A stretch of DNA of 64,000 nt from Antedon mediterranea. Lineage: Eukaryota > Animalia > Echinodermata. The translations under genes were made by a program, and so were the position numbers. The stretch spans positions 22,241,432 to 22,305,431 of the forward strand of contig NC_092679.1 in the NCBI RefSeq assembly GCF_964355755.1. Direction: 5' to 3'. The notes beneath the pieces were generated by a model that saw nothing but the letters and a program-made list of their open reading frames with translations, made no database searches and was not told where the DNA came from. The first letter of the stretch is position 1. Every line of letters starts with the position of its first letter. This document shows, one piece after another, positions 43,401-57,072 of the stretch.

Positions 43401-46400
43401 TCCAATCGCATTCCAAGCCAAACCCATAATCCTTTCACCTAAAATGAAAAATTATACATGCATATCATTCAGAAACTGTGTTTTACTCAAGTTTGTTAGC
43501 ACCAAAGACTTTTTACTTATGCTGGATGACATGATGTACATGGTAAACGTATGCGCTCATCATTCGGAAACTGAGTACTGAGTACTGAAGTGTCTTAACA
43601 CTAAAGAATCGTATGATGATAGATGATGTGTTCTGCATGGGCAACATTATGTGCTCATCCTTCAAAAACTGGGTACTGAGTACTACAGTGTGTTAACACC
43701 AAAGAATCGTTATGTATGCTAATGTAGATGACTTGCATGGACAACATTATGCGCTCATCATTCAGAAACTGGGTTAGAGTAACCCTAAAGTTTGTAAGCA
43801 CCACCAAAGACTCTTTAAGTATGTTTCTAGATGACTTAGTCTGCATGGGCAACATAAACTTATCATTCAGAAACCAGGTTAGAGTACTAAAGTGTGTTAA
43901 CACCAAATAGATCTACTTTCAACTCCTAGCAATTACAGTATATCCAAAATATAACAACAAAGAGAGTGGATTCTTGGAGTTACAGAACAATCCCCGCTGT
44001 GTGATAGTGCATGCAATGTTTGTTTTAAATCATCAACACAAACAGTATAAAAAACAAAAGCAAAATATTACAGAACCTGCAAGTTACTGTTTATCCATAA
44101 CAAAAAGCTAATAATAATTTATTTTTAATTTAAACTTAAGCTCTGTCTACACTATCATCAAACTTGATATGACAACAAAATGTGATGTTCCCATATATAG
44201 ACATAATGTCATATCACTGCCATATTTGGGCATATCACTACCATATTTGGGCATATCACTGTCATATTTGGGCATATCACTATCATCATATTTGGGCATA
44301 TCACTGTCATATTTAGGCACATCACACTACTTTGACTTTGTAGACAGAGCTTAAGAAACTAGATTCAAAACGAAATCAAATGCAATTACACAGGAACGTG
44401 CAACCAAAATACAAATAAATCCGATACACGGATTATGGTAACAGAGATGTAGGAAGAACAAGGCCACACAATCGGTTACAAGGCTGTGTGTAACATGATG
44501 GCCCGATGCTTGGCAGGTGCCTAGCTATCGCACCAATAAAATAAATGGATATATGTAGGCCCACCTGGTCCTAAAATTGCTGAAATGTTGTCACAAGTTG
44601 TCTGCTCTATTACAGGTCACTTTATGATTTAAAAACGTTCCTATTATCATCCCTCTATCTAACCTTGTGTAAAGATTCACTGTGCGTATAAGAGCAATAA
44701 CTTCAACAGTTATGTTATTACTACTAATAGACGTAAATTTCAGTTCAATTAGAGGATATATCATATTGATGATAACATAACATTCTTTGGTAGATGAGTG
44801 ATAGGTAGATTTTGGACTGATGAGTTTAAAACAGGTGGGAACACAAGAAGTTATGAGGATATTAAAGACTGTGGCATTTTGTGAACGTGATTTTAAGTTA
44901 CGATAATTGGCCCTAATTTTACTCTATATCTTTAATAGTATCAAAGTTTTAGGAATGTTGTTAATGATAACATTATTATCAGTAGGTAGCTTGAGAAGAA
45001 TACTGATAGAAATAATAAACAGGATGAATGGTTTAGTCATATGATTTAGAGAAGCTTAAGTTGGGTAGATGAGGGTGATATGAGTAGGGGAGATGAGGGC
45101 GATATAAGTAGGGTGGCAGAAGGAGATTGAGTTATGCTTAAGTTGAGGAATACCAAGGGAGTTTAAGTTGGTGGTGTAGAGTGAGCTGTACTGGAATTAA
45201 GTGAGGTGAGGAATCTTGTGTTGAGGGGTACCAAGCTTGAGTTGGGGTTGCTGAAGGAGCTTGAAGGGATCACTGATGGTGAATCTCAAACTTTATGTGA
45301 CAAATAAATGTGCTCATATATGGACTTATCACTACCATATTTGGGCACATCAGACTTTTTTTGTCAAACAAGTTTGATAGAGTAGACAGAGCTTAGAGAT
45401 GGTGAGAGAGTTGTGGTTGTATAGGTTGTAGCCAGAGATAAAAAAATAGGTTTTTTAAACATACTGTAATTTTTAATAATTTGTATATAACTTGTCTGGC
45501 TCATGCTGGCCATGGGGTGAGCTGATTGAGCTGTAGTTGTGGGTGATGAGAGATCTTAAACAATCGAATGGTTATTAAGGGTGGATACACGACTTGATTA
45601 ATAATAATAATAATATAACAATTTATATAGCGCACATATCCACTAAAAGTCCTCAAGGCGCTAATCACAACACTGTTTGTTTATGCTTCATTAATACCAT
45701 ATGCCTCAGCAAAAAGGTATGATTTTAATGATTTTTTAAAAGAATTAATTGTATGGCAATGCCTAATCCATTCAAGAATGTCATTCCACAGACGCGGAGC
45801 ATTAATAGAAAAAGCACGATCTCCAAACGAGTGGTGAGATTTCGGTTGAAATAAAGGCAACTTATTATTGGATCGTATTACATTAAAATTACATTTAGGA
45901 GAGTATACTGTAAGCCCAGCATATCAGTCACATACTCATCATGAGCAATTCCATTAATAACTTGAAAACAATTAACAATATTTTTAAAACAGTTCTATCT
46001 ATGTTTAATAGGCAGCCAATGTAACTCTTTTAAGGTGCCTGTAATATGCGAAAATTTGGGCAAGTTAGTTACAAATAAAAATTAGAAGAAAAAAGTCAAA
46101 ATGGGAACACATAACACTTATACAGACAGTATGCTTACTTGTTGGTCCTTGCTCGTCGGTTGTCCTAGATACAGTAATAAAATAGGTGCAATGATACAGA
46201 CTATAATGACAGCTGCTATTCTCCTTTTGACAGTTTTTGGGTGGTCCCTGAAAAATAATTGAAATTTTATTATTTAAATAAATCTTAATTATTAATCAAA
46301 GAAAGGATTAATTTAATATATTATTAATAATTATCAGGTCTATCTATTTGTCAAGGAAGTCTATTTCTTTAAATATAATAACAATTGTTGGACGTTCAAC

Positions 46401-46709
46401 AAACAGGTAATAGTTTAGTCTGAAAGTACCGTATGACTTTCCGGAAAACTTCGGACGAAACGTCCCTGCTTCAGCACGCTCACAAACACAAAGACACAGC
46501 CAAACATGCCTACCGCACATGCTTGGCCTACGATTTTGAAGTATGTATTTCACATTGTAAAACAACTATTAAAAGGAAACAAGTTACCTTGGAAGTTTTA
46601 TGCCACATACATATAGACTGCTGACGTAAATGATTGCCAAAAGAAGACAATAAACGATAGAAATTACTTCAGATTCACATTCGAAAATTACCTCCATGGT
46701 GGCTGCCAT
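31423..46709 (-). CDS. RCE1: CAAX prenyl protease 2 (RCE1), multi-exon
   Basis: Phase-consistent exons: 46588-46709 (caaaATGGCAGCC; an upstream in-frame ATG also exists at 46796), 46139-46247, 43358-43438, 36379-36442, 35651-35712, 33511-33619, 32524-32592, 31880-31942, 31423-31622. Motifs [61 protein letters not shown]. Confidence 0.93.
32809..33255. repeat. Compound (GAT)n/(GATAT)n microsatellite in an RCE1 intron
   Basis: ~450 bp made almost entirely of ATG and ATATG units. Confidence 0.95.
33868..34146. repeat. 43/45-bp minisatellite, ~6 copies
   Basis: Unit GTCA(A/G)TCTTTGGTGTG(GG)GAGGCTATCATAGTTGACTGACCGATA; a further degenerate copy at ~34230-34300. Confidence 0.9.
38843..39020. mobile_element. 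MITE family C (Tc1/mariner-like, TA-flanked)
   Basis: TA-CAGTGAACCTCTATTAAGGGGACA...GTGTCCC..AATAGGG motifs. Related fragments at ~9168-9215, 11425-11500, 18920-18990, 22810-23030, 23843-23890, 29980-30365, 40980-41260. Confidence 0.6.
40133..40469. mobile_element. Non-autonomous TIR element (~335 bp)
   Basis: TCGTGAGGTAATTTCCCGATTGATCGTA (~40146-40173) is the reverse complement of TACGATCAATCGGGAAATTACCTCACGA (~40427-40454); TGTAA...TTACA ends. Confidence 0.7.
42397..42750 (+). mobile_element. tRNA-derived SINE with Deu/Nin-like central domain
   Basis: A box TGGCTGAGCGG, B box GGTTCGAGCC, central TGTGCACTTTAAAGAACC...GTAGGTGGTTACCCCGGTGTACT, and an L2-like tail AGCGCTTAGAG...(ATT)n. Confidence 0.75.
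43460..43906. repeat. Diverged ~100-bp tandem repeat, ~4.5 copies
   Basis: TCATTCAGAAAC...TGTGTTAACACCAAAGA...GATGAC..TGCATGG motifs recur at ~43463, 43559, 43657, 43757, 43862. Confidence 0.8.
44139..44351. mobile_element. MITE family A copy with expanded internal ~21-bp repeat
   Basis: TTA-AGCTCTGTCTACAC ... GTAGACAGAGCT-TAA with about five CATATCACT..CATATTTGGG units. Confidence 0.8.
45596..46075 (-). mobile_element. 5'-truncated, degraded L2-clade LINE 3' end
   Basis: Minus-strand translation gives [18 protein letters not shown] ... [14 protein letters not shown] ... [11 protein letters not shown] (L2 ORF2 C-terminus), followed by GCGCTATATAAAT and an (ATT)n tail. Confidence 0.85.
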
Positions 46710-48329
46710 TTTGTAAACAAATAGTTTGAAAAGTGGTGGCGCTATAATGGCTGAATATAGGATCAGAATAAGAATTGTTATAGTCTGAAAAGCCATTTAG
46801 TGTTTAGTTACTAAAAAAACTAAAACTAATCAATGAAAACAATGTTTTGGTACAATTATTTTGGATCTATTGGGAGATAAAGTCGTGAGATAATCACTGA
46901 CAGAGCTGACGGTGGAAAAAAATCCTCTCCACGGCAACGGCGGCCACCAGCAGCTGCTACGAGAATAAAAATACCGCACAAACAATTATTAGTGACAAAT
47001 GAAAGTTTTGTTTACATTTGTTTTTTCCATCGTTCTCAGAAGTTCATTATCATTAATCAAAGACAATAACCGTCAAGTTATAATAAACAGGCTTTTTCGG
47101 AGCTCTAACCATGTCGTGACACACCACCACAACTTGTATTTTACTGCACGCGTTCATTTATGTACAATCACGCGCGCGTACAATATCATTATCAACAAGT
47201 AAACTCGCGCGTGTTAATTGTGCGGAAACATAATTATCAATACAATTTAAAGTCAAAAAGTGAACGCACGCGTGTTATCAATAAAATAATTTATTGCAAA
47301 TTTTACAATATCTTAGTAGGCCTATACTTTATTTTTAATATCGGCGGCGGAGATGACGGTGCATGTCAGAATGTATTAAACATTAGTATCAATTAATAGA
47401 GCATGTCATCAAATGAAAACATTATTAAATACATTTATTAATCTCGTCACTATCCTGATAAATAGGTATAAGTTTCTCTCCTGGTGATTTAGGGAATTGC
47501 ATTGGTTGTCATAATTCTTTGGATTCTATACGATGCTTGACTTTCGTAGGCTGGGAGTCTTTTAAGTACATACCGGTGGAATGTTAAGAATTACGGCCAC
47601 GTTCATGATTGCTTGTTAATTAAACAGAGCTTAGCGGAGCACAGGGGCGATGACAAGTCGCCCGATTCACATGCCTTCATTCACCTCCGTTCGCGTGCAG
47701 TGCGCGAGCCACTGGCCTACGTCTTAACCCCGCTTGATGTTTACAGAGCGATGCCAAGCCAAGCATACGCAGCACCGGAATTTCTTCCGTGGCGTTGCCC
47801 TTGGCTGTTGCCTGGTAATTTAAACAAAAATGAAAAAGATTAAAAGTGGCATGCGTAGAAGCCCGCTTGGACGTGTTTCATGTGGATTGCGGGCTATTTC
47901 GTTAACAAGCATGTTACCGCGATTAATTAGGTTATAATCCGGCAAACGATTCTGTATTAAATAACACAGTATGTAATTCTCGCGCGTTCGACCTACTGTA
48001 CCGCTCTCAGCTGTCACAAGTCAATAAGCAAAATTCTCAGGCGCCGAGGTTATACTTCTTTAATAAGCACAACGAACACACATGTTTCCGCCTTGTGGAA
48101 AATAGTTCTAGAAACATTAAAATACCACCAACAATCAATATAAACAAATTATCTCCAAATATAATATATAACATCATAACATTTCGTGATTACAAACGAA
48201 GGTTCACGTCGTTCTCTGTGATCCAATGTCGTCACCGCGACCAAATGTGGATCCAATAAAACAACTTTTGCCAAACCAAACCCAACGCATGCGAATTACG
48301 GTACGTCATTACTTCGAAAAAACTGTTAA

Positions 48330-48860
48330 CCCGTAGAGACGTAGACGCAACAAGTGAGTAGCGATACTGACGTAGCACAGGGAATAGCGCAACGTAAAGT
48401 AATTTGACCAATCACAATTAGCGATGGATTATTCGAACAGTCGCTTATCTTGCGTTGCGTCTCTAGTGAGACAAAGTTAAGCGTGGTTCCCACTACAGCG
48501 TGGTTCCCGCTAGCGACGCAACGCAAGGACGTAACGCAACGCAAGTGAATTGACCAATCACAAGCGATGGCTTATTCGCTTGTGATTGCTAACTGTCTAT
48601 AACTTCGCTTGTCATTGGTTAAAACGCTTGCGTTGCGTTTACGTCCCTGCGTTACGTTCTAGTGGGAACCAAGCTTTACTGTCTATAACTTCGCTTTTCA
48701 TTGGTTAAAACGCTTACGTTGCGTTTAAGCAAGGCACTGTTCTAATAATCCATTGCCTGTGATTGAGCGTTAGGTCCTTGCGTTGCGTCTCTAGTGGGAC
48801 TAAGCTTACGTTGCGCTTACGGCCTTGCGTTGTGTCTCTGTGAAGATAGAACCAAGCTTT
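48330..48860. mobile_element. Cluster of adjacent or nested MITE family B copies
   Basis: Several (CT)AGTGGGAACCAAGC / GGTTCCCACTA ends and ACGCAACG repeats packed into ~530 bp. Confidence 0.7.
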
Positions 48861-49956
48861 AGTCCCAGGTCGTCGTAAAATCCGCGCGACGGAATGATCG
48901 ATCATGGTATAAAAACACGATGCACAAGTAGGCCTACTCATTCTAATGTTGTATAGGCATATCTAGGATAAAGTCTACATAGTAAAATCAACTGCCGTAG
49001 CCGGACTATCAAGATCTAGATCCCTATCACAGATATTCATCGACGCATAATGTAGAAAGGAGTTGAATTATTCAGACGGAATGTTACTTTGTGATCATTT
49101 AGCTAATTAAGTTCCTAATAGCACGCGCCAAAAATGTCAATACATCTAAGAGAAAACAACTTACAGCATAATAGTCAGTTTGTTTATTTTCGTGACTTAA
49201 AAGTATGTGTCTATAGGCTGGTGATGATAATTTAACCCTTAACAAAAGTGATCGGACGTGCTTTCAAAACACGCGTTTTAAAATTGCGTTGTACATTGTT
49301 ATCCACACGGAAACCGGTTTAATAACGGTTCTTGGCGATCGAGACCGTGAAAAAATTGGGTGTATGAACCCGTACCTGCTCAATTGAAACGGGTAACTTT
49401 TGACGAGTATTCGTACGTTCAATAATACTGATGCTGGGGAAATTGACCAATCACAAGTGAAAGTTCGAATAATCTATAGCTTGTGATCACTTAAGCCGAT
49501 TTTCCACTTTCATGTTTCCATCTTCCAAATACTCTCTACGCATGCGTATAAGCGGACGCTATCGATTTGCGCAAACAAATTCGCCTTGTGAAAAATCGGG
49601 TTTACGTTGCGTCTAGGTCCTTGCGTTGCGTCCTAGTGGGAACCAAGTACGATTGAGTGTCATCAGTACTCTTCTTGTGAGGGAAATAAAATGATTATTA
49701 TTAATAATTAAGACATAAAGTCTGTGTAAATAAATAACAATATTTGAGAGCCTTGTTCACTAAGAGTATTTATACATGCAATGTATGTCAAACTCCCAAA
49801 AGACCCGTCAGAATAATAAAGTCTGGTGTTTAAATACTTCATCATCGAACATTATGCACCTGCAAGTTAGCCACAACAAATGTCATAGCAGATCGTAGTA
49901 ATAGTGTATACTTGTATTCGCGTAACCGTTTATCATTTATTATTAAAAGCACTTTA

Positions 49957-50100
49957 AGCTTGGTTCCCACTAGAACGTAACGCGGACGTACACCCAATAA
50001 TATTAACCAATGACAAAGCGACCAATTCTGATAATCCATTGCTTTTGATTGGTCAAATTGCGCTTACGTCCTTGCATTGCGTCCTCGTGGGAACCAAGCT
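49957..50100. mobile_element. MITE family B (PIF/Harbinger-like), representative copy
   Basis: TIR AGCTTGGTTCCCAC...GTGGGAACCAAGCT with TTA/TAA flanks and internal inverted GACCAATCACAAGCGA/ATTGGTC arms. Other copies at ~30079-30230, 49440-49647, 52017-52150. Confidence 0.78.
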
Positions 50101-53100
50101 TAAGCGAACAACTTAAGCTCTGTCTACACTATCAAACTAGTTTGACAAAAAAAGTGTGATATGCCAAATTATGGTAGTAACATTACGTCATCACATAAAG
50201 TGTGATAATAGACAAAACGTAAGACTTAATAAAACAATGTTTTTATCTTATGGAATGGCAAGATATTTGCTTATTATGAAAACTTACCTAAGCAAAATCA
50301 CTGACTTAACATTATAAATTGTTTTACAATTATATATAGGCCTTTCATATAATTGTGCCTACTAGATAAGCTATATTGTGCACAATGTGTCGATATCTGT
50401 TTGACATTCAATGGATGTGTATCGAATATCTGACAAAACCTTTGCGATTATATCATTCCTCTTTCACTGTTTGTTTAACTAAAAGATTCTAACAGCTGAC
50501 AGATTCTGTATATCTACGTCTTAACCGTCAGCGAACAGCGTAAATTCGCATGAACTTTGACCCAGCCGACGGGAACTCATGCTCCGTTGTCCGGGTGACG
50601 AACATAGCTGAAATTCATAGAATATGAGTATATGATCTGCGGGCGAAAAGTTATTCGATTCATGCTGAGATGAGAAATTGTCCGAATGCAGAAACATCAC
50701 TACCAGTCAGTGTCTACAGTCATATGAGCAATCATTACCGTATTTTCAATCAGAAAAATATATATAGAGTAACGAGGTCGTCACCGCGGTGTTTTTATTA
50801 TCGCCGCCGCGTTTTATTATACACGACGATATTAAAATAGGGACTATAAGATAACTAAATTTGCTGCTGGGACATGTGAGTAATTGTCATGATCGATCAT
50901 TATATTTTTCTGACTATCGTGAACATTCGTTGAACTGTCACATGACAAGACACGGCGATAATACTGTTGTCAATGCAAAACAAAAAAACTCAATAATTAT
51001 AAAATACTGAGGGATGGCGAACAATCAAGTATGAAATCTTCAAACTTTTTTTTCTATATTATAATAGCACTAAGCCAAACGGCTAGTGTACTTATTTTAT
51101 ATTATATGAAAATGTATTATTATTATTTATTCTTATTTCGTATAATGATATATATACGAAATATCTAAATTCGTCTTTATGCCTTGGATAACGTCGAGTC
51201 CCTGGAAAACCGAGCTGATCATTGGCATTCCAAATCGGATGTTATGTCTGTCGAAACACCATTTAGGCCTACGCTTCATTTGATGAGATTGTCATTCCAA
51301 ACATGTTCTGCATTTCCAACAATTCTAGACCGTTGAAAGGATGATGACAATTAGCCTATAAGATGATATATTCATTCTTTACATTGCTGAAGATACCCAG
51401 TTTGATAGTAGGCCTACTTCATCATATTATAGGCCTACTAGTACGTTCAAACACCGAAGTGCGGCCTTCGTACACACGGGCTTGCAATTGTACGCTCGAG
51501 TCTTTTTTGTGACGACGTCAGGCCTCTACATAATATATCAAGCGCGTCCAATAAATGAATACAATTATATGTGCAACACCAACCATTTTGCGGCTTCTTT
51601 GATGATACGCGATATCAAGCGCGCGCGCGTTCGACAAAGTGATAGAGCCTTTGTAAGCCGCCTCCACCGCGTCCAAATACGGATAAAAACGCGCGTACAA
51701 ATTGCTTTTGTACGCGCGCATCAACTTTGTATCGTTTCGCGTCGCGTATTCATCAGATCAAAGTACAGTTATATTACCGCTAATAGCGTATCTAGGCAGC
51801 CATATTTATTCAGTTGCTTCTTTAAATTTCTATCAATTACTTATCAGAAGGTTAAAGGAATCAATTTCTGCGAATTACTTGATCAGATATCTTAATCAAT
51901 AAAGTTGTAATAACAATAGTAATCAGAAAGAATTACACTGTACAAATATGTGACCTTGACCATTAAGGTCAATTATGAGATTAATATCTGCATAGTACGT
52001 CGTAATGCGTCACTAAAGCGTGGTTTCCACTAGGAACACAACGCAAACGCAACGCAAGCGTGTTGATCAATGACAAGCGACAGTTCGGATAATTCATCGC
52101 TTGAGATTGGTCAATAACTTTGCGTTGCGTTACGTCCTTGCGTTGCGTCCAGAAACGCGCACGTTCGCTTCATTGATTGGCGATAGTAGTAGCGTATTTT
52201 TATCAGATTTGTTTACGGACAAAATAATTATGTTCCATTGCATTATATATATAAATGTGTACCTCATTCATGAGGTATACCTACATGGGTTTGGGTTGTT
52301 TTAATTAATTAGTATTTTCAAGCAGGGGAATGTTAAGTAGGCATACTGGGTGTAAACCATTTGATATTATCTCAATATTATGGATCGGGGTTAGTGAAAA
52401 ATAATGTGGGGTATGATATGTGTTCAGGAAATGTGTAGGAGGGCCTTCCGATATAGATATGCATCATACCCGTTTAGTTATGTAAGTCTGCAGACTGATG
52501 ATGTCCGCGGGCGATGCATGCGTGGTGCATCAATCTTCACAACTGCACACAAATTGCGTGGTTAATAAAAAGGTGCTTTCGTACGCCGAGTTTTAACTAC
52601 AGGTGCATCCGATCGAAAATATTACGTCATTGTCTGACCAGTGTAAGCATACTTTGTACTACTCGTCTTCATTACGGTAGGCTTAAATAGTCAAAATCAA
52701 AATTATGAGAGAATTTGTTAAGCATAATGTTACACATTAAATGACACTATTATATAATCATATTACAATAGAACCCGTATTAAATGGGACATACTCGTTG
52801 GGAATTGTCCCCTGCCTAGGAATTCCGACTGTTAAAGAATGGATCTAGATCAACAGGCCTACACAGAAATGTTATTTCCACTGTTGACAGATAGGTATCG
52901 CACACACAAATTGTAACCCAACCAATTTTTACATGAACTCATAATAATCGAACACCATTCAAACAGCCGACAACTGTTTTCATAGCGAACATTGTTCACA
53001 CAAACGCAAACAAAACGATGTCCTATATACGCATTCATTTAAACATGTTATGATTGTCTGCCGACAAGGAGCGATTGTTTTACGCTCCGTTTCTGCATTC

Positions 53101-54329
53101 TTGCTAACATCGCTTCGTTAAGCCTAGTAACCAAGACGATAGAATTCTTCTCTCATCTCTTAAACTTCCATGGTGTCAGAAGTACGTAAAACGAAATAAT
53201 ATAATAAGAAAGACTTTAAGAATGTATAAAGCTGTGTTCTTAAGTATGAGTATAGACTTAAAGAAGGAAAATTTGTATATCTAATGTTCTATAGATTAGT
53301 TTGATAAAGCGAATACAGAGCGATGGATTCGGTGGTGAAAAAAGCGGCTCAAGTATTACTTGATTTAAATACCGACAGATCAGAAGTATCATAAGACGAT
53401 ATTTTGAGTATCATTACAAAAAGGTAGTGTTTAAAACCGGCACTTCTATTCAGGACATTGACTTACTTAAAACACAATAGATTTTGTATCCCTATTTATT
53501 GTGCTTATGACGTAATCTACATACGTCTTCTATACACGCCCTATGGTCAGATACATGCGTACACACACACTTATTAATTATGACTCTAGTGTACCTATTT
53601 ATATGCGCGCGTACAAATGTTGCTAGTCGCATGTATGCATTTTATACGCGCGCGTACAAAATAGATACTTTTAACTATCAACATTATTTGTACGCGCGTA
53701 CAAATGTTCATAGTTACAAGTATGTATTTATCATACGCGAGCGTCGATTGTGATAACCTGATTAAAAGTGCATAACACTATCCCATGCCTTTCAAAAATA
53801 TAACATTTGTTTTTAAGAGAAAAAAAGAAGACACGTGTTCACGCTCATACAAAATATTTATTATTTTAAGCTTATCAACAGAAACAAAACAATAAAGGAA
53901 TAATAATAATACCAATAATTAGATTTATCATTGCAACCCTTTCCGGAACAGTCACGCGTTCATATCAATCAAGGAAAAAATATCTTTACAATAGTTCAAA
54001 TAGAAAAGGATTAATTTGACAGAATAAGGAGCTACACAAGATGGACATGGAATGCACCATTTAATCTTTGAATCAACACAATCACGGCAAATAGAACACA
54101 ACATAACATCGTAAGGCTTGGGTTTTACTTGATCAAACACATTTATGGCGAGCGCAGTATATTATTCTTACGTGCTACGCTCTAAGCTGTATTTTGTGGA
54201 AGTGGATGACAAAGCACAGTGATTGGCTGTACACACGGCAGTTCAAAAATACATATGGGGGCATAATAATATTCCCACAATATATAAATCAAATGTTCAA
54301 AAAGTACGCTGAAATCATGAGACAACGTT

Positions 54330-54800
54330 AACATAGTGTTAACTTAGCAGTGATAGCGTTAACTAAGTAGTGGTAGCGTTAACTTAGTAGTGGTAGCGTT
54401 AACTTAGTAGTTGTAGCGTTAACTTAGCAGTGGTAGCGTTAACTTAGCAGTGGTAGTGTTAACTTAGCAGTTGTAGCGTTAACTTAGTAGTGGTAGCGTT
54501 AACTTCGTAGTGGTAGCGTTAACTTAGCAGTTGTAGCGTTAACTTAGCAGTGGTAGCGTTAACTTAGCAGTGGTGGCGTTAACTTAGTAGTGGTAGCGTT
54601 AATTTAGAAGTTGTAGCGTTAACTTAGCAGTTGTAGCGTTAACTTAGTGGTGGTAGCGCTAACTTTTGTGGTAGCGTTAAATTACTCCATGCGTTAACAG
54701 TGGTAGCTTCGTAGTAGTTAAACATTTAACAAGTAGACGTGATAGTGTTAACTTATGGTAGCCGCTAACTTAGCTGTTAAATTAGTAGTGGTAGCGCTGT
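54330..54800. repeat. 20-bp minisatellite downstream of FAM181
   Basis: Unit AGCGTTAACTTAG(C/T)AG(T/G)TGT/TGGT; ~17 regular copies to ~54680, then degenerate. Confidence 0.92.
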
Positions 54801-55265
54801 CTTTTCAGTGCACGTTATGGTGGTAGGCCTATAGTATATAACGTGGTATTAACACAGTCAAGATTCAAGTTGTTAATACGCACTTCGCGTATTGCCATTT
54901 GGTTTTAAAAACTAACAGCTGTTAAAGTACCGACAAGTGTTTTAAAGTTCAAAAACATCCTCCCAGCATTGACACATTCAATTAGTAAGCCTTTCGAAAT
55001 AGTCTTGTCTTTTTCTTATAGGATCCGTTTTCGTGGGTTTCAGACCCGGATCCGTTTTACCATTGATCTAATAATAGCATACACGATTATAATATCCGAT
55101 TGTTTGGACTTCACATTAATCTTTTTTATAAAATTCCCCCGAATAACTTTTGTACCACATTTTCATTTAACGTTTTCGTTTCGCTTAACATAAATGTTGA
55201 GTTGAGGTTGAGATGTCCAGATTTGGTAGAGTTAGGCTACATACATATTCTGTACGTTTAAAATA

Positions 55266-56465
55266 TCAAGAATAAATAGAATGAAATCTATGTGGATAGT
55301 TTGTAACAGATTTCGTAGCAACAGGTTTTAATATCCTCGGCACAGGAGGAAGGTGCGGAAAAAAGTCTGCATGTTGTTCATTCATGGGAGGGAATGACAG
55401 GCCTACAGGTGGCCAATGCCTCGTCGACCCCGGCACGGGAAGCCCATTCGGCTGGTGATGGGGTAACGGATGATGTCCATGAAAAGCTGGCCTAGCAAAC
55501 CAGTTCGATTGCTCAGTGTCACAAAGAAGTGATGAACATTTACAATTTGGCATGTGGCAGTTATTAATATCAGGCCTTCCTGCAGTGTTAATCGCTAAAC
55601 GGTCCTCAAAATGAGAGGTGGATGGTAAAGTGTTAAATGCTGCCATTCCGTATGGAACGCCCATTAACGGATGATGGGGTGTGGAGAGTTGCTGTGGAAA
55701 ACAAGGAATTGTTGATACGGGTGGATAAATTACACCCTTATCGTGAAATGAATCCTTCATAAAAAAGTTTGCGAAATTATTTTTCTTCATTGTCATTACA
55801 TTCGGTAAACTATCAAATAACGATATATCTGTCTTTGTCTTGTGGTTTTCGCTTTCTGTCGGTTCCTTCCAAAATGAAGCCGGTAACTGTCTCTTTCTCA
55901 TTGGCACGGCATTTTCACAATGTTTATCTTCATCTTTGCCCAAAATATCGGTCGAATTAAATTCTTTATATGTTAAATCACCCGTAGATTTACTTACACA
56001 CGCGTAAGGTCGCTTACGGGGCTTCATGTGCATACTGGCTTCCGATAAACTTGCCAAACTTTCTAGATGTGTTCTAGAAGTTCGCTTAGGAAAAACAGCT
56101 AAATCTGATGCGATGTCTCCAGCGTTTGGCGATTCCATACCGTGACGGTAACAAACGGGGATTTCGTGTGAAGGGGGTAACGCCATTGAGTGATGATCAA
56201 CCTGGCCCGGTCCAAATCGCTTTAACTGCTTTTGTAAGTATTTCCTATGATCCACCAATTTCTTACAGGGAGCAGATTTATCCAAAGCTGCTTTGATATC
56301 GCAAGAAGCAGAATTCACAAAGTTTAAAAGCGTCTTCACGTCTCCTCCTTCGGACTGCATTTGTGTAGGCCTAGTTTTCCCAAGTGTAGTCTCGTCATCA
56401 GAGTCATTTCGACGCCGCACAATATCAACGTTTATGTCACTCTCTACCAGCTTTCCTTGTGTCAT
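55266..56465 (-). CDS. FAM181: FAM181 family protein (single coding exon)
   Basis: 399-aa ORF with DVKTLLNFVNSASCDIKAALDKSAPCKKLVDHRKYLQKQLKRF and the YAP-like omega-loop PMRKRQLPASFWKEP, both characteristic of FAM181A/B. Confidence 0.92.
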   Translation of the reverse strand: MTQGKLVESDINVDIVRRRNDSDDETTLGKTRPTQMQSEGGDVKTLLNFVNSASCDIKAALDKSAPCKKLVDHRKYLQKQLKRFGPGQVDHHSMALPPSHEIPVCYRHGMESPNAGDIASDLAVFPKRTSRTHLESLASLSEASMHMKPRKRPYACVSKSTGDLTYKEFNSTDILGKDEDKHCENAVPMRKRQLPASFWKEPTESENHKTKTDISLFDSLPNVMTMKKNNFANFFMKDSFHDKGVIYPPVSTIPCFPQQLSTPHHPLMGVPYGMAAFNTLPSTSHFEDRLAINTAGRPDINNCHMPNCKCSSLLCDTEQSNWFARPAFHGHHPLPHHQPNGLPVPGSTRHWPPVGLSFPPMNEQHADFFPHLPPVPRILKPVATKSVTNYPHRFHSIYS

Positions 56466-57072
56466 ATTTGGTCAGGTCCCGCTGCGAAGGAGGGCTTAGA
56501 AATGAAGTTACAGTACCGCTAAGCAAGTCGGCCTGCTGGAAAATAATAATACAACTGTTAAGAAAATGATAACGAGCGCTGATTGGTGGAACAAGAGTGA
56601 GCACGTGCTAGAAGCCGGTGAAACGCGTTCGTCGCAGCAGGACAAACGCTCGATAGCGTCTCACTTTTGTGACATGATAAAAGTGACTGGCATACGACAC
56701 ACGGGCTGTTTTATTTGGAATTCAATTAGGATATATGTTACACACCTGAGAATTGCTCTTATAACTTGATAATACGTCTAAGTATTAAATTTATCGCGTG
56801 TTAATAGTGATGATAAGACGGATAATCCGTTTGATACACCGACAACTGCTGTTGATACCGGACATTTTAATTTATTTAACGCAATACAACATAGGCCTAT
56901 ATTATTATACAATCTATAACGTATAATCACTGATCATTATCAATCAAAAAGTAGGCCTACTGGTCATAATTATTGCAACAGTTAATAAAACAATTAAAAT
57001 ATCGACCTGTATTATAGAAGTCTCGATTCATATGGCTTTATTTTCAACAGTCACACTTTAATGCTCCTTAAT

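Noticed and set aside
46393-46466. Possible hammerhead ribozyme (GGACGTT...GAAACGTCC pairing)
   Set aside because: No CUGANGA core between the arms; the closest match is CTGAAAG.
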